Below, piece by piece: positions 21,942-31,118 of a stretch of 64,000 bases of DNA; the first letter of the stretch is position 1; each line of letters opens with the position of its first letter. This stretch comes from Escherichia phage vB_EcoM_G50. The stretch lies in the sequence record NC_054917.1; one strand, written 5' to 3'. Under the pieces are notes generated by a model that worked only from the letters and a program-made list of their open reading frames with translations, made no database searches and had not been told where the DNA came from. The position numbers and the translations under genes were made by a program.

Positions 21942-22906
21942 TGTATTCTTTAGAGGAATTTAATAATCAAGCAATAAACGCAGATTTCCAACGTAATAAT
22001 ATGTTTAGCTGCGTTTTTGCGACAACTCCATCAACTAAAAGCTCTTCGTTGATAAGTTCAATTAGCAACTTTTCTTATAATAACTTGGGCCTAAATTCAG
22101 ATTGGTTAGGATTAACTCAAGGCGATATTAATCAGGGAATTACCACGCTAATTACTGCTGGCACACAAAAACTGATAAGAAAATCAGGGGTTAGTAAATA
22201 TCTTATTGGTGCCATGAGTCAACGCACAGTTCAAAGTTTATTGGGCTCATTTACAGTTGGTACATATTTAATTGATTTCTTTAATATGGCATATAACTCA
22301 TCTGGATTGATGATATACTCTGTAAAAATGCCAGAGAATAGATTATCCTATGAAACTGACTGGAACTATAATTCTCCTAATATTCGTATAACTGGGAGAG
22401 AATTAGACCCTTTGGTTATTTCATTTAGAATGGATTCAGAAGCTTGTAACTATCGTGCAATGCAAGACTGGGTTAACGCTGTTCAAGACCCAGTAACTGG
22501 ATTGCGTGCTTTGCCGCAAGATGTCGAGGCAGATATTCAGGTTAATCTTCATGCTCGTAATGGATTACCTCATACTGCTGTGATGTTCACTGGATGCATT
22601 CCAGTGTCAGTGAGTGCTCCTGAGTTATCATATGATGGAGATAACCAAATAACTACATTTGATGTTACTTTTGCGTATAGAGTCATGCAGGCTGGGTCAG
22701 TTGATAGACAAGCTGCGCTTGAATGGCTTGAATCTGCTGCTATAAATGGCATTCAAAGCGTTCTCGGAAATAGTGGAGGTGTTACTGGACTATCTAATTC
22801 GCTTTCACGACTTAGTAGATTAGGAGGAACTGCGGGAAGCATTTCAAACATTAATACTATGACGGGAATTGTCAACTCGCAAAGTAAAATATTAGGAGCA
22901 ATATAA
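21941..22906 (+). CDS. 54: Baseplate tail tube initiator gp54
   Basis: 321-aa ORF (T4 320); followed by strong hairpin terminator. Confidence 0.92.
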   Translation: MYSLEEFNNQAINADFQRNNMFSCVFATTPSTKSSSLISSISNFSYNNLGLNSDWLGLTQGDINQGITTLITAGTQKLIRKSGVSKYLIGAMSQRTVQSLLGSFTVGTYLIDFFNMAYNSSGLMIYSVKMPENRLSYETDWNYNSPNIRITGRELDPLVISFRMDSEACNYRAMQDWVNAVQDPVTGLRALPQDVEADIQVNLHARNGLPHTAVMFTGCIPVSVSAPELSYDGDNQITTFDVTFAYRVMQAGSVDRQAALEWLESAAINGIQSVLGNSGGVTGLSNSLSRLSRLGGTAGSISNINTMTGIVNSQSKILGAI

Positions 22907-22910
22907 CAAT

Positions 22911-22936
22911 GGGGACCGAAAGGTCCCCATATTTTT
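22911..22936. terminator. Terminator between gene 54 and minus-strand early block
   Basis: GGGGACC-GAAA-GGTCCCC followed by ATATTTTTATTT. Confidence 0.6.
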
Positions 22937-23225
22937 ATTTACGGAATGAAATAAAAGCAGCAACTGAAGCAACTAAACTGTCTTCAATATAAACTTCAAT
23001 TTTTACCGGAGCTTCTGACTCAAATTTACCTGTTACTACACCTTGGAAAATACTTTCAGTCTGCTCTGGCTTTGAAAAATTTTCAGAAGGAAAAATTCCG
23101 AACTTTTTATCTGTTCCAAAAATTTTGATAAATTCATCGTAAACTGCTTCATTAAAAGCATTATCAGCAGGAATAACGCCTTCAACTACAAGTTCTTGAC
23201 CTAAAAAGCGTAAAGAAGATTTCAT
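22935..23225 (-). CDS. Hypothetical early protein downstream of the alt genes
   Basis: 96-aa ORF with consensus sigma70-type early promoter and SD gagga 7 nt upstream of ATG. Confidence 0.6.
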   Translation of the reverse strand: MKSSLRFLGQELVVEGVIPADNAFNEAVYDEFIKIFGTDKKFGIFPSENFSKPEQTESIFQGVVTGKFESEAPVKIEVYIEDSLVASVAAFISFRK

Positions 23226-23254
23226 TTTGTGTTCCTCATGTTATGTAAGTAAAA

Positions 23255-23288
23255 TTATTATAACACAACACGAGGGACTTGTAAACTA
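23255..23288 (-). promoter_or_regulatory. Early promoter (sigma70-type, extended -10)
   Basis: minus-strand GTTTACA, 17 nt, TGTTATAAT. Confidence 0.6.
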
Positions 23289-25343
23289 CATTTTGAACTT
23301 TTTAGACATTCCGTTGATGTTAACCAAAGAAGCCAAGATTTGAGAAACTTCGTTTTCCTCTTCTTTTGATTCTTCTACAAGGAATTGATTAAATCCAGCC
23401 ATTGGACGAACTTCACCAGTTTCCATCAGATGATCGCCATCATATACCGATTCTTCTAATTGTTCAGAAGGAGGAACGATTGTGCCTTCGATTAAATACT
23501 TGTTATAAGCAGTTTCTTTCATCATGTACGTGCTCACTTTATTAATCTTCAGCAAAATTCCACGCGGTAAAATAACTTCAGCTTCTGATGGAAATCCTGA
23601 TAAATGACCTGGAACGATAACTTTGATTCGCTCAGCTCCTTTTATTACCATACCTACGCTAGTTTCAGCATCTTCATTAGCATATGCGGAATGACTACCC
23701 GTATGCATTAAATCTTCAGCATCAACTGAACCTTCTCCTTCACCAGAAAATACTGCACTGGAATCATCTAGGGCCATATAGTTTTTACCATACTCACCGA
23801 AGATATTTGGTTTAAGCGATGTGGATACGAAGTTCTTGAAATAGAACATTTTATTTTCAATATTATGACGTAAAGTTTTAAAGGTAACTTCTTGTCCACG
23901 GTAAAGTGTAGTTCCTGGAGGAAGAACTGATCCTTTGGCAAAGGCAGAATCCATTGTCTCGATGTGTTTAATAGCTCGTTCCATGTATTCTTCACGGGTA
24001 GAATCTGGTTTACCCAAGAGGAACGAGTTCATTTCAACATATGAATCTGCACAATAATCTTCAATTACATCGGACTCAGCCTGAGTTAATCCTTTTGGGG
24101 GTACTTCAGTACTTGCATATTCATACGCTTGAGAAGCAGACTCATTAATCAATTTATAAATGCCATTCATGACAAATTGAATAATAGCTACCTTTTCATC
24201 TGGCGTGGCTTTAGAACCTTTAACTAAATCATTGACAATTTTCTTAATAACATCAAAGCTATTAGAAATATTAATGTCAGCGAGATCGCTTAAAATTTTA
24301 TCAGTTTTATAATCAAAAAATTCTTTATTCTTTAAATATTCCTGAGAACCTTGATATGTTATATCGCTCTGTAACTTGATAGATGGATCACGTAAACGTG
24401 CATGAGCCAATGCAATATGATTTCGGAAGCTTTCTAATTCATAATCGCTAGATTTAAAACGAGAAGCACTTCTCATACCACCGATAGCTCCTTTGCTGAA
24501 GTTTGAACCAACCTGAATAACGCCAGAGTTCATTGGTCCTTCTGCTTTATATACCGGAACTTTAGATTCAAACTCTTGATATTTCTTAGCAGCGAAGCTA
24601 TCACCCTGAAGTGAAGCATCGACAGTAGAATATTGAGCTTGTGCTGCTAATCGACGACTAATTTTAGTTTTCTGAATAACAGCTTGATCCGTACGCTTAT
24701 CATTTTCTAAAGCAATAGAAGCAGCAACAGCAACAGCTTTAGGAACAGCATTACCTGTTTTAACGTCTACATAAACATCACCAACCTTTGATTCAACCTT
24801 TGTGAATAACTCAGTTGAAATAGGAGGTACACCTGGAATGTCTTCTAAATTGGCATTTTTACGGTAAACCATAATATATGTGTACTTTTTATCGTAATCC
24901 CAGATTTCCTTTAAAAGAACATATCGACCTGCTCCTTTAGTACGCACTAAACGATCGGCAATAACTTGCATTTGACGAGCTGCACCGTTTGTTTTACTCT
25001 TTAATACGCGGAATAGGCATGCGTCAATTTTGTACTGTTTCATTGTCTGAAGAGCAGTATCAAAAACCGCATTAATGACACCAATTGGATTTCCACCTAA
25101 GTTTTTAAGTTTAACTAATGATAGTTTCTCATTAACGCCTATCATTACGATATGCATCATTTTATCGCCTGGCTTAACGTTTTTATTTGTATCACCGCCA
25201 GAGGTGTATGTACAAAATCTAAATCCAGGAAGCACACTTTCTTCACCGGCTTGAATAGCAAAAATTTGAGGTATTTTATGCTTAGGATTTAAGTTAACAA
25301 CCGGCGCCGAAGCGCCGTCAAATAATTCTGTAATAAGTTCCAT
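23286..25343 (-). CDS. Alt-like ADP-ribosyltransferase, second tandem paralog
   Basis: 685 aa; N-terminal third clearly homologous to adjacent Alt (MELITELFD...); C-terminal ART-like signature LYRGQ, FVSTSL, EAEVILPRG; starts 4 nt after alt stop. Confidence 0.8.
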   Translation of the reverse strand: MELITELFDGASAPVVNLNPKHKIPQIFAIQAGEESVLPGFRFCTYTSGGDTNKNVKPGDKMMHIVMIGVNEKLSLVKLKNLGGNPIGVINAVFDTALQTMKQYKIDACLFRVLKSKTNGAARQMQVIADRLVRTKGAGRYVLLKEIWDYDKKYTYIMVYRKNANLEDIPGVPPISTELFTKVESKVGDVYVDVKTGNAVPKAVAVAASIALENDKRTDQAVIQKTKISRRLAAQAQYSTVDASLQGDSFAAKKYQEFESKVPVYKAEGPMNSGVIQVGSNFSKGAIGGMRSASRFKSSDYELESFRNHIALAHARLRDPSIKLQSDITYQGSQEYLKNKEFFDYKTDKILSDLADINISNSFDVIKKIVNDLVKGSKATPDEKVAIIQFVMNGIYKLINESASQAYEYASTEVPPKGLTQAESDVIEDYCADSYVEMNSFLLGKPDSTREEYMERAIKHIETMDSAFAKGSVLPPGTTLYRGQEVTFKTLRHNIENKMFYFKNFVSTSLKPNIFGEYGKNYMALDDSSAVFSGEGEGSVDAEDLMHTGSHSAYANEDAETSVGMVIKGAERIKVIVPGHLSGFPSEAEVILPRGILLKINKVSTYMMKETAYNKYLIEGTIVPPSEQLEESVYDGDHLMETGEVRPMAGFNQFLVEESKEEENEVSQILASLVNINGMSKKFKM

Positions 25344-25346
25344 GAT

Positions 25347-27440
25347 TTATCCTTGAACGAACTTGTAAGGCATGTTTGTAATATCTATGCAAGACGCAAT
25401 AATTCCAAGAGATGATTCTACTTTCTGTTTAACATTTGATGAAACAAACGATGCAAAGTCAACTCTGTCTTCTATTTCAATATCATCTGTCATTGCAACT
25501 ACTTCACCGGTTTCCATTAGACGGTCACCGTCATAAATGACTGATTCGGTGAGCTCTTCTGTAGTCATAACTTCAGCTTGAATGAGTTTTGTATTATTAG
25601 ATGTTGTTCCGTCATTATTAGAAGCATCAGTTATTTTATTAACTTTGACCATCAATCCGCGTGGTAGAATAACTTCAGCTTCTGTTGCTATTCCGAGACT
25701 TCCTGGATATACAACATTAACTTTATGAGCTCCATCAATTGCCCATCCTATTTGAACTTTAACGTATTCAGGATTTTCTTTATACGCTCTTATTTCGTTT
25801 GGATTAATAGTTATTCCTTCTTCATTTTTATCAACTGTTAATTCATTACGAGCTTCTGGTTCTAAAAGACCAATACCAGCATGCGTAATTCCAAAACGTC
25901 CAAAAATGATAGGAGTTAAAGAAGTAGATACAAAATTTCTGAAATAGAACACTTTATTTTTAACTAGCGCTTCGTATATAGGAGCAGTCATACTTTGAGC
26001 ACGATAAACTGTAATGCCTTCTGGTATACGGTCACCATTTTCAAAAGCTGAATCTAAATTATTTATCGCAGATTCAATTTCTTTTTCACTCATTACATCA
26101 TATCGTTCTGGATTGTAGCGGCCTAAAAGAAGATTATTGATGTCAGTATATCCTGATCCACAATACTCTCTAATGCCGCGCTTTTGTGATGGAGTATATT
26201 TAGAACCATCACGGGCAATAGTAATATCAATCATTGGACCTGCACCAATTCCAGAAAAGCTATAAATCATTCGTTTGAGGAATTTAGTTTTTGCTGCGTT
26301 CCAGGAATTTTTAGTTATTTCTTCCCAGACTTCATCTGGCTGTCCTTTACGGGTTTTATTATGTTTATCAAGCCAATTATCTTTATATTCTTCAAAGAAT
26401 TGATTAACAGCTGCTGCGTATTTCTCTAAACATTTTATTGAAGTGGTTGGTTCATTTTTAATCGCATTAAGAATTACATCTTTAATTTTTTCAGAAACTT
26501 CATTAACCTCACTTTTTGAAAAGAATTTATAGTCATAGTGAAGTTCATCTGCGGTTCCTTCGGCAATGATTTTTGCTGCCTTAGTTTTAGAAGCTAATGA
26601 ATTAATTCCAAGCTTCATTTCTTCTGCTTCGGGAATTAAAGGAGCTGTAGCAGGTTTATTGAAATTAGCTGCGGTAGATTCATATTTCTGGAATAATTCA
26701 CTTTCAAATCTAGAAGATTCCAATGACTGACTTTGCGCAATTGCTCTACGGGAAATTTTAACTTTAACGATTACAGCTTGGTCAGAACGTTTATCGTTTT
26801 CTTGCGCAATAGATGCCGCAATTGCCTCATTTTTAGTTACTTGAGCTCCAGTATCTTTATTGATATAAACATCGCCGACTTTCGATTCAACTTTAGTAAA
26901 GAGCTCGGTACTAATTTCCGGAACTCCTGGAATGTCTTCTAGTGATACATTTTTGCGATGTATAAGAATATATGCATACTTTTTATCGTAATCCCAGAGT
27001 TCCTTAAGAAGGACGTATCTGCCACCTGAACGACTGCGGATAAGTCTATCAGCAATAACTTGAATTTGTCGAGCTTGACCAGCAGTTTTAGACTTAAGAA
27101 TACGAAGCATACAGGCATCAATTTTATACTGACGCATCGTTTGCATCGCAACAGTAAAAACTGAATTGATGTAATTAATTGGGCTTGGACCGAGACCTTT
27201 CAATTTAGCAATTGAACCTTTAGCAGTTAATGTAAAAGGAACAATGTGCATCATTTTATCGCCCATCTTTAGATCACGGTTAGTATCACCTCCAGATGTA
27301 TAGGTACATAAACGAAAGCCTGGTTGTTCAATTGCGTCATCAACATGAACTGAAAAAATTTGCGGTATTTTCTTCTTTGGATTTAAGTTTGTAATCGGAA
27401 GAGTAGTATCTTCGTCAAATAATTCTGTAATGAGTTCCAT
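25347..27440 (-). CDS. alt: Alt ADP-ribosyltransferase (packaged RNAP-modifying enzyme)
   Basis: 697 aa from second ATG (MELITELFDEDTTLPITNL... recognised as T4 Alt; first ATG at 27443 has too-short SD spacing); ART signature VYRAQ, FVSTSL, EAEVILPRG; TATAAATA late promoter upstream. Confidence 0.87.
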   Translation of the reverse strand: MELITELFDEDTTLPITNLNPKKKIPQIFSVHVDDAIEQPGFRLCTYTSGGDTNRDLKMGDKMMHIVPFTLTAKGSIAKLKGLGPSPINYINSVFTVAMQTMRQYKIDACMLRILKSKTAGQARQIQVIADRLIRSRSGGRYVLLKELWDYDKKYAYILIHRKNVSLEDIPGVPEISTELFTKVESKVGDVYINKDTGAQVTKNEAIAASIAQENDKRSDQAVIVKVKISRRAIAQSQSLESSRFESELFQKYESTAANFNKPATAPLIPEAEEMKLGINSLASKTKAAKIIAEGTADELHYDYKFFSKSEVNEVSEKIKDVILNAIKNEPTTSIKCLEKYAAAVNQFFEEYKDNWLDKHNKTRKGQPDEVWEEITKNSWNAAKTKFLKRMIYSFSGIGAGPMIDITIARDGSKYTPSQKRGIREYCGSGYTDINNLLLGRYNPERYDVMSEKEIESAINNLDSAFENGDRIPEGITVYRAQSMTAPIYEALVKNKVFYFRNFVSTSLTPIIFGRFGITHAGIGLLEPEARNELTVDKNEEGITINPNEIRAYKENPEYVKVQIGWAIDGAHKVNVVYPGSLGIATEAEVILPRGLMVKVNKITDASNNDGTTSNNTKLIQAEVMTTEELTESVIYDGDRLMETGEVVAMTDDIEIEDRVDFASFVSSNVKQKVESSLGIIASCIDITNMPYKFVQG

Positions 27441-27463
27441 CATATCCTCTCTAGTGTTTATTC

Positions 27464-27471
27464 TATTTATA
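27464..27471 (-). promoter_or_regulatory. Late promoter motif (alt)
   Basis: TATAAATA on minus strand about 20 bp upstream of alt start, consistent with Alt being a packaged late protein. Confidence 0.5.
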
Positions 27472-27476
27472 AAATT

Positions 27477-27494
27477 AAAGGCCCGAAGGCCTTT
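27477..27494 (-). terminator. Hairpin between ligase operon and alt
   Basis: AAAGGCC-CGAA-GGCCTTT perfect palindrome; UUCG loop on minus strand. Confidence 0.4.
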
Positions 27495-27681
27495 AATAAT
27501 CTAATGGTAAGAGAGTACGATATATTTCAAACTTTGGACCTTTTTCATAGGCATCAAATGTTTCTGTGAATTTATTATAAGCATATGCATCTATAAATTC
27601 AATCATAATTTGTGATACAGAAGTAGAAACATCTCCACCTTCTTTTTGAGCAACGACAATTGTTTCTAAGTAAGCTTTCAT
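27493..27681 (-). CDS. Hypothetical protein between ligase and alt
   Basis: 62-aa ORF, overlaps gene 30 stop by 4 nt. Confidence 0.5.
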   Translation of the reverse strand: MKAYLETIVVAQKEGGDVSTSVSQIMIEFIDAYAYNKFTETFDAYEKGPKFEIYRTLLPLDY

Positions 27682-29141
27682 AGACCAGTTACCTCATGAA
27701 AATCACCAAATACATCCTCGAATGTATTAGCTTTAGTTTTATCTTCACGTAAACGAATCGCAATCGGAAGAAATAATTTAACGTAATCAGTGCGGCCATC
27801 AGATTTTAACCAACCGTTGCATTCGCACTCTAGAATTTTTCCAATATAATAATTTTGGTTTTCCATAATGCGAGTACGGTCAAGTTCATGCGATTTTACA
27901 CCGGCTTTATCTTTTAAGCCTGAACCTGCATTTACTTTAATTTTTCCACACTCTGATTCAAGAATAAATCCACCAGCTTTAGTAGGGTCTTTACGGTGAG
28001 GATAAATTCCTACAATTTTTAAATCAACATCAATTACTTCTTTAAATTTATAGAGATTTTTTGAACGAGCATTTTCCCACAATCCGTCGGTATTTTTGAG
28101 AATAATACCTTCAAAACCTTGGTCAATATATTTTTTATAAATTACCTTAGCTTCATCTAGGTTATTTACTACTTGGTTTTCAATTAAAATTACTTTATCA
28201 TATCCTGATGTCATTTGTTCTAGTTTAGAAAAACGTACATCATATTTTAAACGAAACGCCGGAAGACCGTATATTTCTACCAACGGGACATAATCCCAGA
28301 CCTGAAACTTCATGCATTTGGCTTCTTTTTCGGAAATGGTTCCTTTTAAGGATTTATTAGCGATTCCATTAGAAGTAGTACGAGATTCCGCTACTTCGGC
28401 GAATTCTTTAGCTTTACTAATTTCAGGATAAGCATCAAAAAGAAAATCTAGGCCTTCTGGTTCCTTTTTAACTTGCTCATGGTATACCAATTCGCCATCA
28501 ATTAACACACCTTCTGGATGAATCTGGCGGGCTTCAGCAGTCATTTTGATTAATTCTTCCTTAAGAAGATCTAATCCTAGATATTCATTACCAGCTCGTG
28601 ATAAAAGACGAACATCATCTAATTCATCACCTCGAACTTCAGCAAAACACCGAGATCCATCTGCTTTTAACTGTGCAAAAGCTGGAAACTTGATATTCTT
28701 ACTAATGCCTTTTTCATCATAAGAACTTGCCAGCATTTGAGGTTGTTCAGGAATTAAACCTGGCCAAACTTTGTTTGCAATAGATACTGAAGCACCGCAT
28801 TCAAGGTCTCGCATCATCACTCGACGCAAAACTTCAACATCATCCTTTTTACCATCGGTGATATATCCAGTCAATTCCTCAATTGCAGCATTTCCAGTCA
28901 ATTTCCGAGTAGCTAACGTGAATTCAATGAAGTCAAGCATATCGGTAATAGTCAGCATTCCAAAACTCTGGGTAGCAATACCAGGTTTAGGCCATTTCTT
29001 TATATAATACTGTAACCCACGAGAATAAGTCAGACGATATACCCGTTTAAGCAATTCATTATCTTTATTCTTTTCAAGAATTGCTTGCTTCTGCTTAGTT
29101 GATCCAATAGATGCTATTTCATTCAGAATTTTAAGAATCAT
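27678..29141 (-). CDS. 30: ATP-dependent DNA ligase gp30
   Basis: 487 aa, T4 length; adenylation lysine motif region (AQLKADGSR) and recognised N-terminus MILKILNEIASIGS. Confidence 0.95.
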   Translation of the reverse strand: MILKILNEIASIGSTKQKQAILEKNKDNELLKRVYRLTYSRGLQYYIKKWPKPGIATQSFGMLTITDMLDFIEFTLATRKLTGNAAIEELTGYITDGKKDDVEVLRRVMMRDLECGASVSIANKVWPGLIPEQPQMLASSYDEKGISKNIKFPAFAQLKADGSRCFAEVRGDELDDVRLLSRAGNEYLGLDLLKEELIKMTAEARQIHPEGVLIDGELVYHEQVKKEPEGLDFLFDAYPEISKAKEFAEVAESRTTSNGIANKSLKGTISEKEAKCMKFQVWDYVPLVEIYGLPAFRLKYDVRFSKLEQMTSGYDKVILIENQVVNNLDEAKVIYKKYIDQGFEGIILKNTDGLWENARSKNLYKFKEVIDVDLKIVGIYPHRKDPTKAGGFILESECGKIKVNAGSGLKDKAGVKSHELDRTRIMENQNYYIGKILECECNGWLKSDGRTDYVKLFLPIAIRLREDKTKANTFEDVFGDFHEVTGL

Positions 29142-29407
29142 TGTTCATCCTTCAGAGTTTGATTTACAGCTCTATTATAAATCAATTCATCATTAAGCTC
29201 AGGCAAAGACTTATGATATGTAGTTCTAACTTTATTTCCTTGCATCCAGTGCTTGACATAAATGAAACCTTGCTCTACACATTTTTTAAAAATTCGTTCG
29301 TCTTTTTGAGCTCGGAATTCTGGATTGCATCTAAAAAATTGATTTACGTGACCGTAATCACGTGTAGTATTACCTTCATTTTCATAAATAGTGTGAACGA
29401 CAAACAT
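29138..29407 (-). CDS. 30.1: Hypothetical protein (T4 30.1 position)
   Basis: 89-aa ORF overlapping ligase start; positional. Confidence 0.55.
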   Translation of the reverse strand: MFVVHTIYENEGNTTRDYGHVNQFFRCNPEFRAQKDERIFKKCVEQGFIYVKHWMQGNKVRTTYHKSLPELNDELIYNRAVNQTLKDEQ

Positions 29408-30270
29408 TAGAATGCTCCTTGGAAAATATTATCACCACTAGTAAATCTATTAAAATACCCTGCATCGCCAGGCTTGGTATAACTCCACGTATGGAATGGA
29501 TTCATATGATATGGGTGTGTATAATATGGATTATATGGATGTGTATAATATGGATTATACGGATTAAATCCAGGAGTTCTCCAGGTAGTGTTCCAACGAA
29601 AAGAATCGTTTTTAACCATCTTCTCAATTACATCTTTTATAGCTTTTTCACTATCAAAACTTTCTTTATTTTCCTTTGGTGAAAAAAGCTTATTTTCTAC
29701 ATCATTCCATGTATAAACTCGCTGAGCGGTTTTTGGAATATTGTCACGCTCTCCTCGCGCCATCCAATAAACAGGAACATTTAATATTTCACTCGCATGA
29801 TCGCAATGGTGAGCGAGATCGTCAATGTAACAAATTACGTTATATTTCTCTTTTGCCTTTTTGAACAACTCTTCTTTTGAAGAATCATGACCACACATCA
29901 TTACTTCTGAGAAGGCACCAGGAAAAAGAGCATTCAAATTAAATTGACGATTCAACAGAGCGTCAATAGAATCACCCAATGCTGTAACAGCTACAAAATT
30001 ATAATCTTCTTTTAATTTGTTAATTACACACAGGGCATCTTTATACGGAGACAAATAACGAATAAAATCTGAACGATTGTATTTTTCAATTAACTTGACG
30101 CCAAGTTCTTCATCACAATTAAAGAGTTTACCTGGAGAAATAAATTTCTCATCTTGGATCATTTTTAAAATATGTTCTAACGGAAGATTATATTTCTGAG
30201 CAAAATAAGGAAGGCCTGATTGCCAGCTTAAACATACTCCATCAATATCAGTTAAAATAGTAGGCTTCAT
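29407..30270 (-). CDS. 30.2: HAD-like hydrolase candidate with Tyr/Pro-rich repeat tail (T4 30.2 position)
   Basis: 287 aa; N-terminal ILTDIDGV resembles HAD motif I (DxDGx), later YIDD; C-terminal NPYYTHPY tandem repeat. Confidence 0.65.
   Translation of the reverse strand: MKPTILTDIDGVCLSWQSGLPYFAQKYNLPLEHILKMIQDEKFISPGKLFNCDEELGVKLIEKYNRSDFIRYLSPYKDALCVINKLKEDYNFVAVTALGDSIDALLNRQFNLNALFPGAFSEVMMCGHDSSKEELFKKAKEKYNVICYIDDLAHHCDHASEILNVPVYWMARGERDNIPKTAQRVYTWNDVENKLFSPKENKESFDSEKAIKDVIEKMVKNDSFRWNTTWRTPGFNPYNPYYTHPYNPYYTHPYHMNPFHTWSYTKPGDAGYFNRFTSGDNIFQGAF
29512..29559. repeat. 24-bp tandem repeat (2 copies, 2 mismatches) at 3' end of 30.2
   Basis: tgg(g/a)tgtgtataatatggattata x2; encodes NPYYTHPY repeat. 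Confidence 0.85.
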
Positions 30271-30731
30271 AGAGAGTCTCTTAATAGATTTAACACATCA
30301 ATAAATTCAGCTTCGGTTAGTATTGTATCATCTTTTGTTAGACCACTAGCCATGCTGTGCTTCAAAACTTTTCCTTTCGAGGCTTGTAATGCATCGCGAA
30401 AGCCCTTGTTTTGGAACGCTGCTTCAAAATATGCATTTGTGTATAATTCTTTCCATGCTTCGGAATATCTTGAAAACGGAGTTCCAAGCCAGAACAACGT
30501 GCCACGGTCCTGAGCTCTTGCATAAGACCTTCCAGCTTGTTGGGCGGCAAGCCCGGATAACCCAAATATACGACGCTGTTGTTCAACATTTTTCACCTTG
30601 CATCCTTGGAGGAATCCTTCGAGACCTCCAAATTGGATACCATCCATAACAAAAGGCCATTGGGCGAAATTACTTAATGCACATGATGGCCATCTAAAAT
30701 TGCTTCTAATCTCTAACTCAGACATTTTCAA
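30267..30731 (-). CDS. 30.3: NADAR (YbiA/DUF1768)-like protein (T4 30.3 position)
   Basis: 154 aa; pattern ALSNF...DGIQFGGLEGFLQGCK matches the conserved core of NADAR/YbiA-family proteins as I recall them. Confidence 0.65.
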   Translation of the reverse strand: MKMSELEIRSNFRWPSCALSNFAQWPFVMDGIQFGGLEGFLQGCKVKNVEQQRRIFGLSGLAAQQAGRSYARAQDRGTLFWLGTPFSRYSEAWKELYTNAYFEAAFQNKGFRDALQASKGKVLKHSMASGLTKDDTILTEAEFIDVLNLLRDSL

Positions 30732-30924
30732 TACTTATAATTTCAACATCAGCCCAATGACCATAGCAAGGAAGACGAAATTCAACTGGCCAGTTAGGGT
30801 CCTTTTCTAATATAATAGACTGAACTTGTGGCTCTTCATGTTCATCGGTATACGGACCTTTATACGTTACTTTATATGTGACCTTAATGTACTGAATTCC
30901 AAAAATCTTATTAATTATATTCAT
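30718..30924 (-). CDS. Hypothetical protein (30.x region)
   Basis: 68-aa ORF in tight operon array. Confidence 0.5.
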   Translation of the reverse strand: MNIINKIFGIQYIKVTYKVTYKGPYTDEHEEPQVQSIILEKDPNWPVEFRLPCYGHWADVEIISIENV

Positions 30925-31118
30925 ATTAATTCCTTTAATCCATAGATAGGAGATAATTCATCACCCATACGAAGGTCTTCATTTCCATCTACCCAGGAAA
31001 CAATATAAGCCTCTTTTATTTGAATACCACTCCATTTAAATGGAGGTAGAACCTTAGAAATTAATCCAGGTATACCAACTCCCTTTAATTCAACAGTTTG
31101 ACCTAAAAAGAATTTCAT
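30921..31118 (-). CDS. Hypothetical protein (30.x region)
   Basis: 65-aa ORF, stop/start overlaps with neighbours. Confidence 0.5.
   Translation of the reverse strand: MKFFLGQTVELKGVGIPGLISKVLPPFKWSGIQIKEAYIVSWVDGNEDLRMGDELSPIYGLKELI

Noticed and set aside
29141-29864. Plus-strand ORFs of 89, 87 and 62 aa antisense to 30.1/30.2
   Set aside because: They lie in a minus-strand early operon, are low-complexity (I/F/W-rich) and mirror the repeat region; the minus-strand frames have operon-consistent start/stop overlaps.
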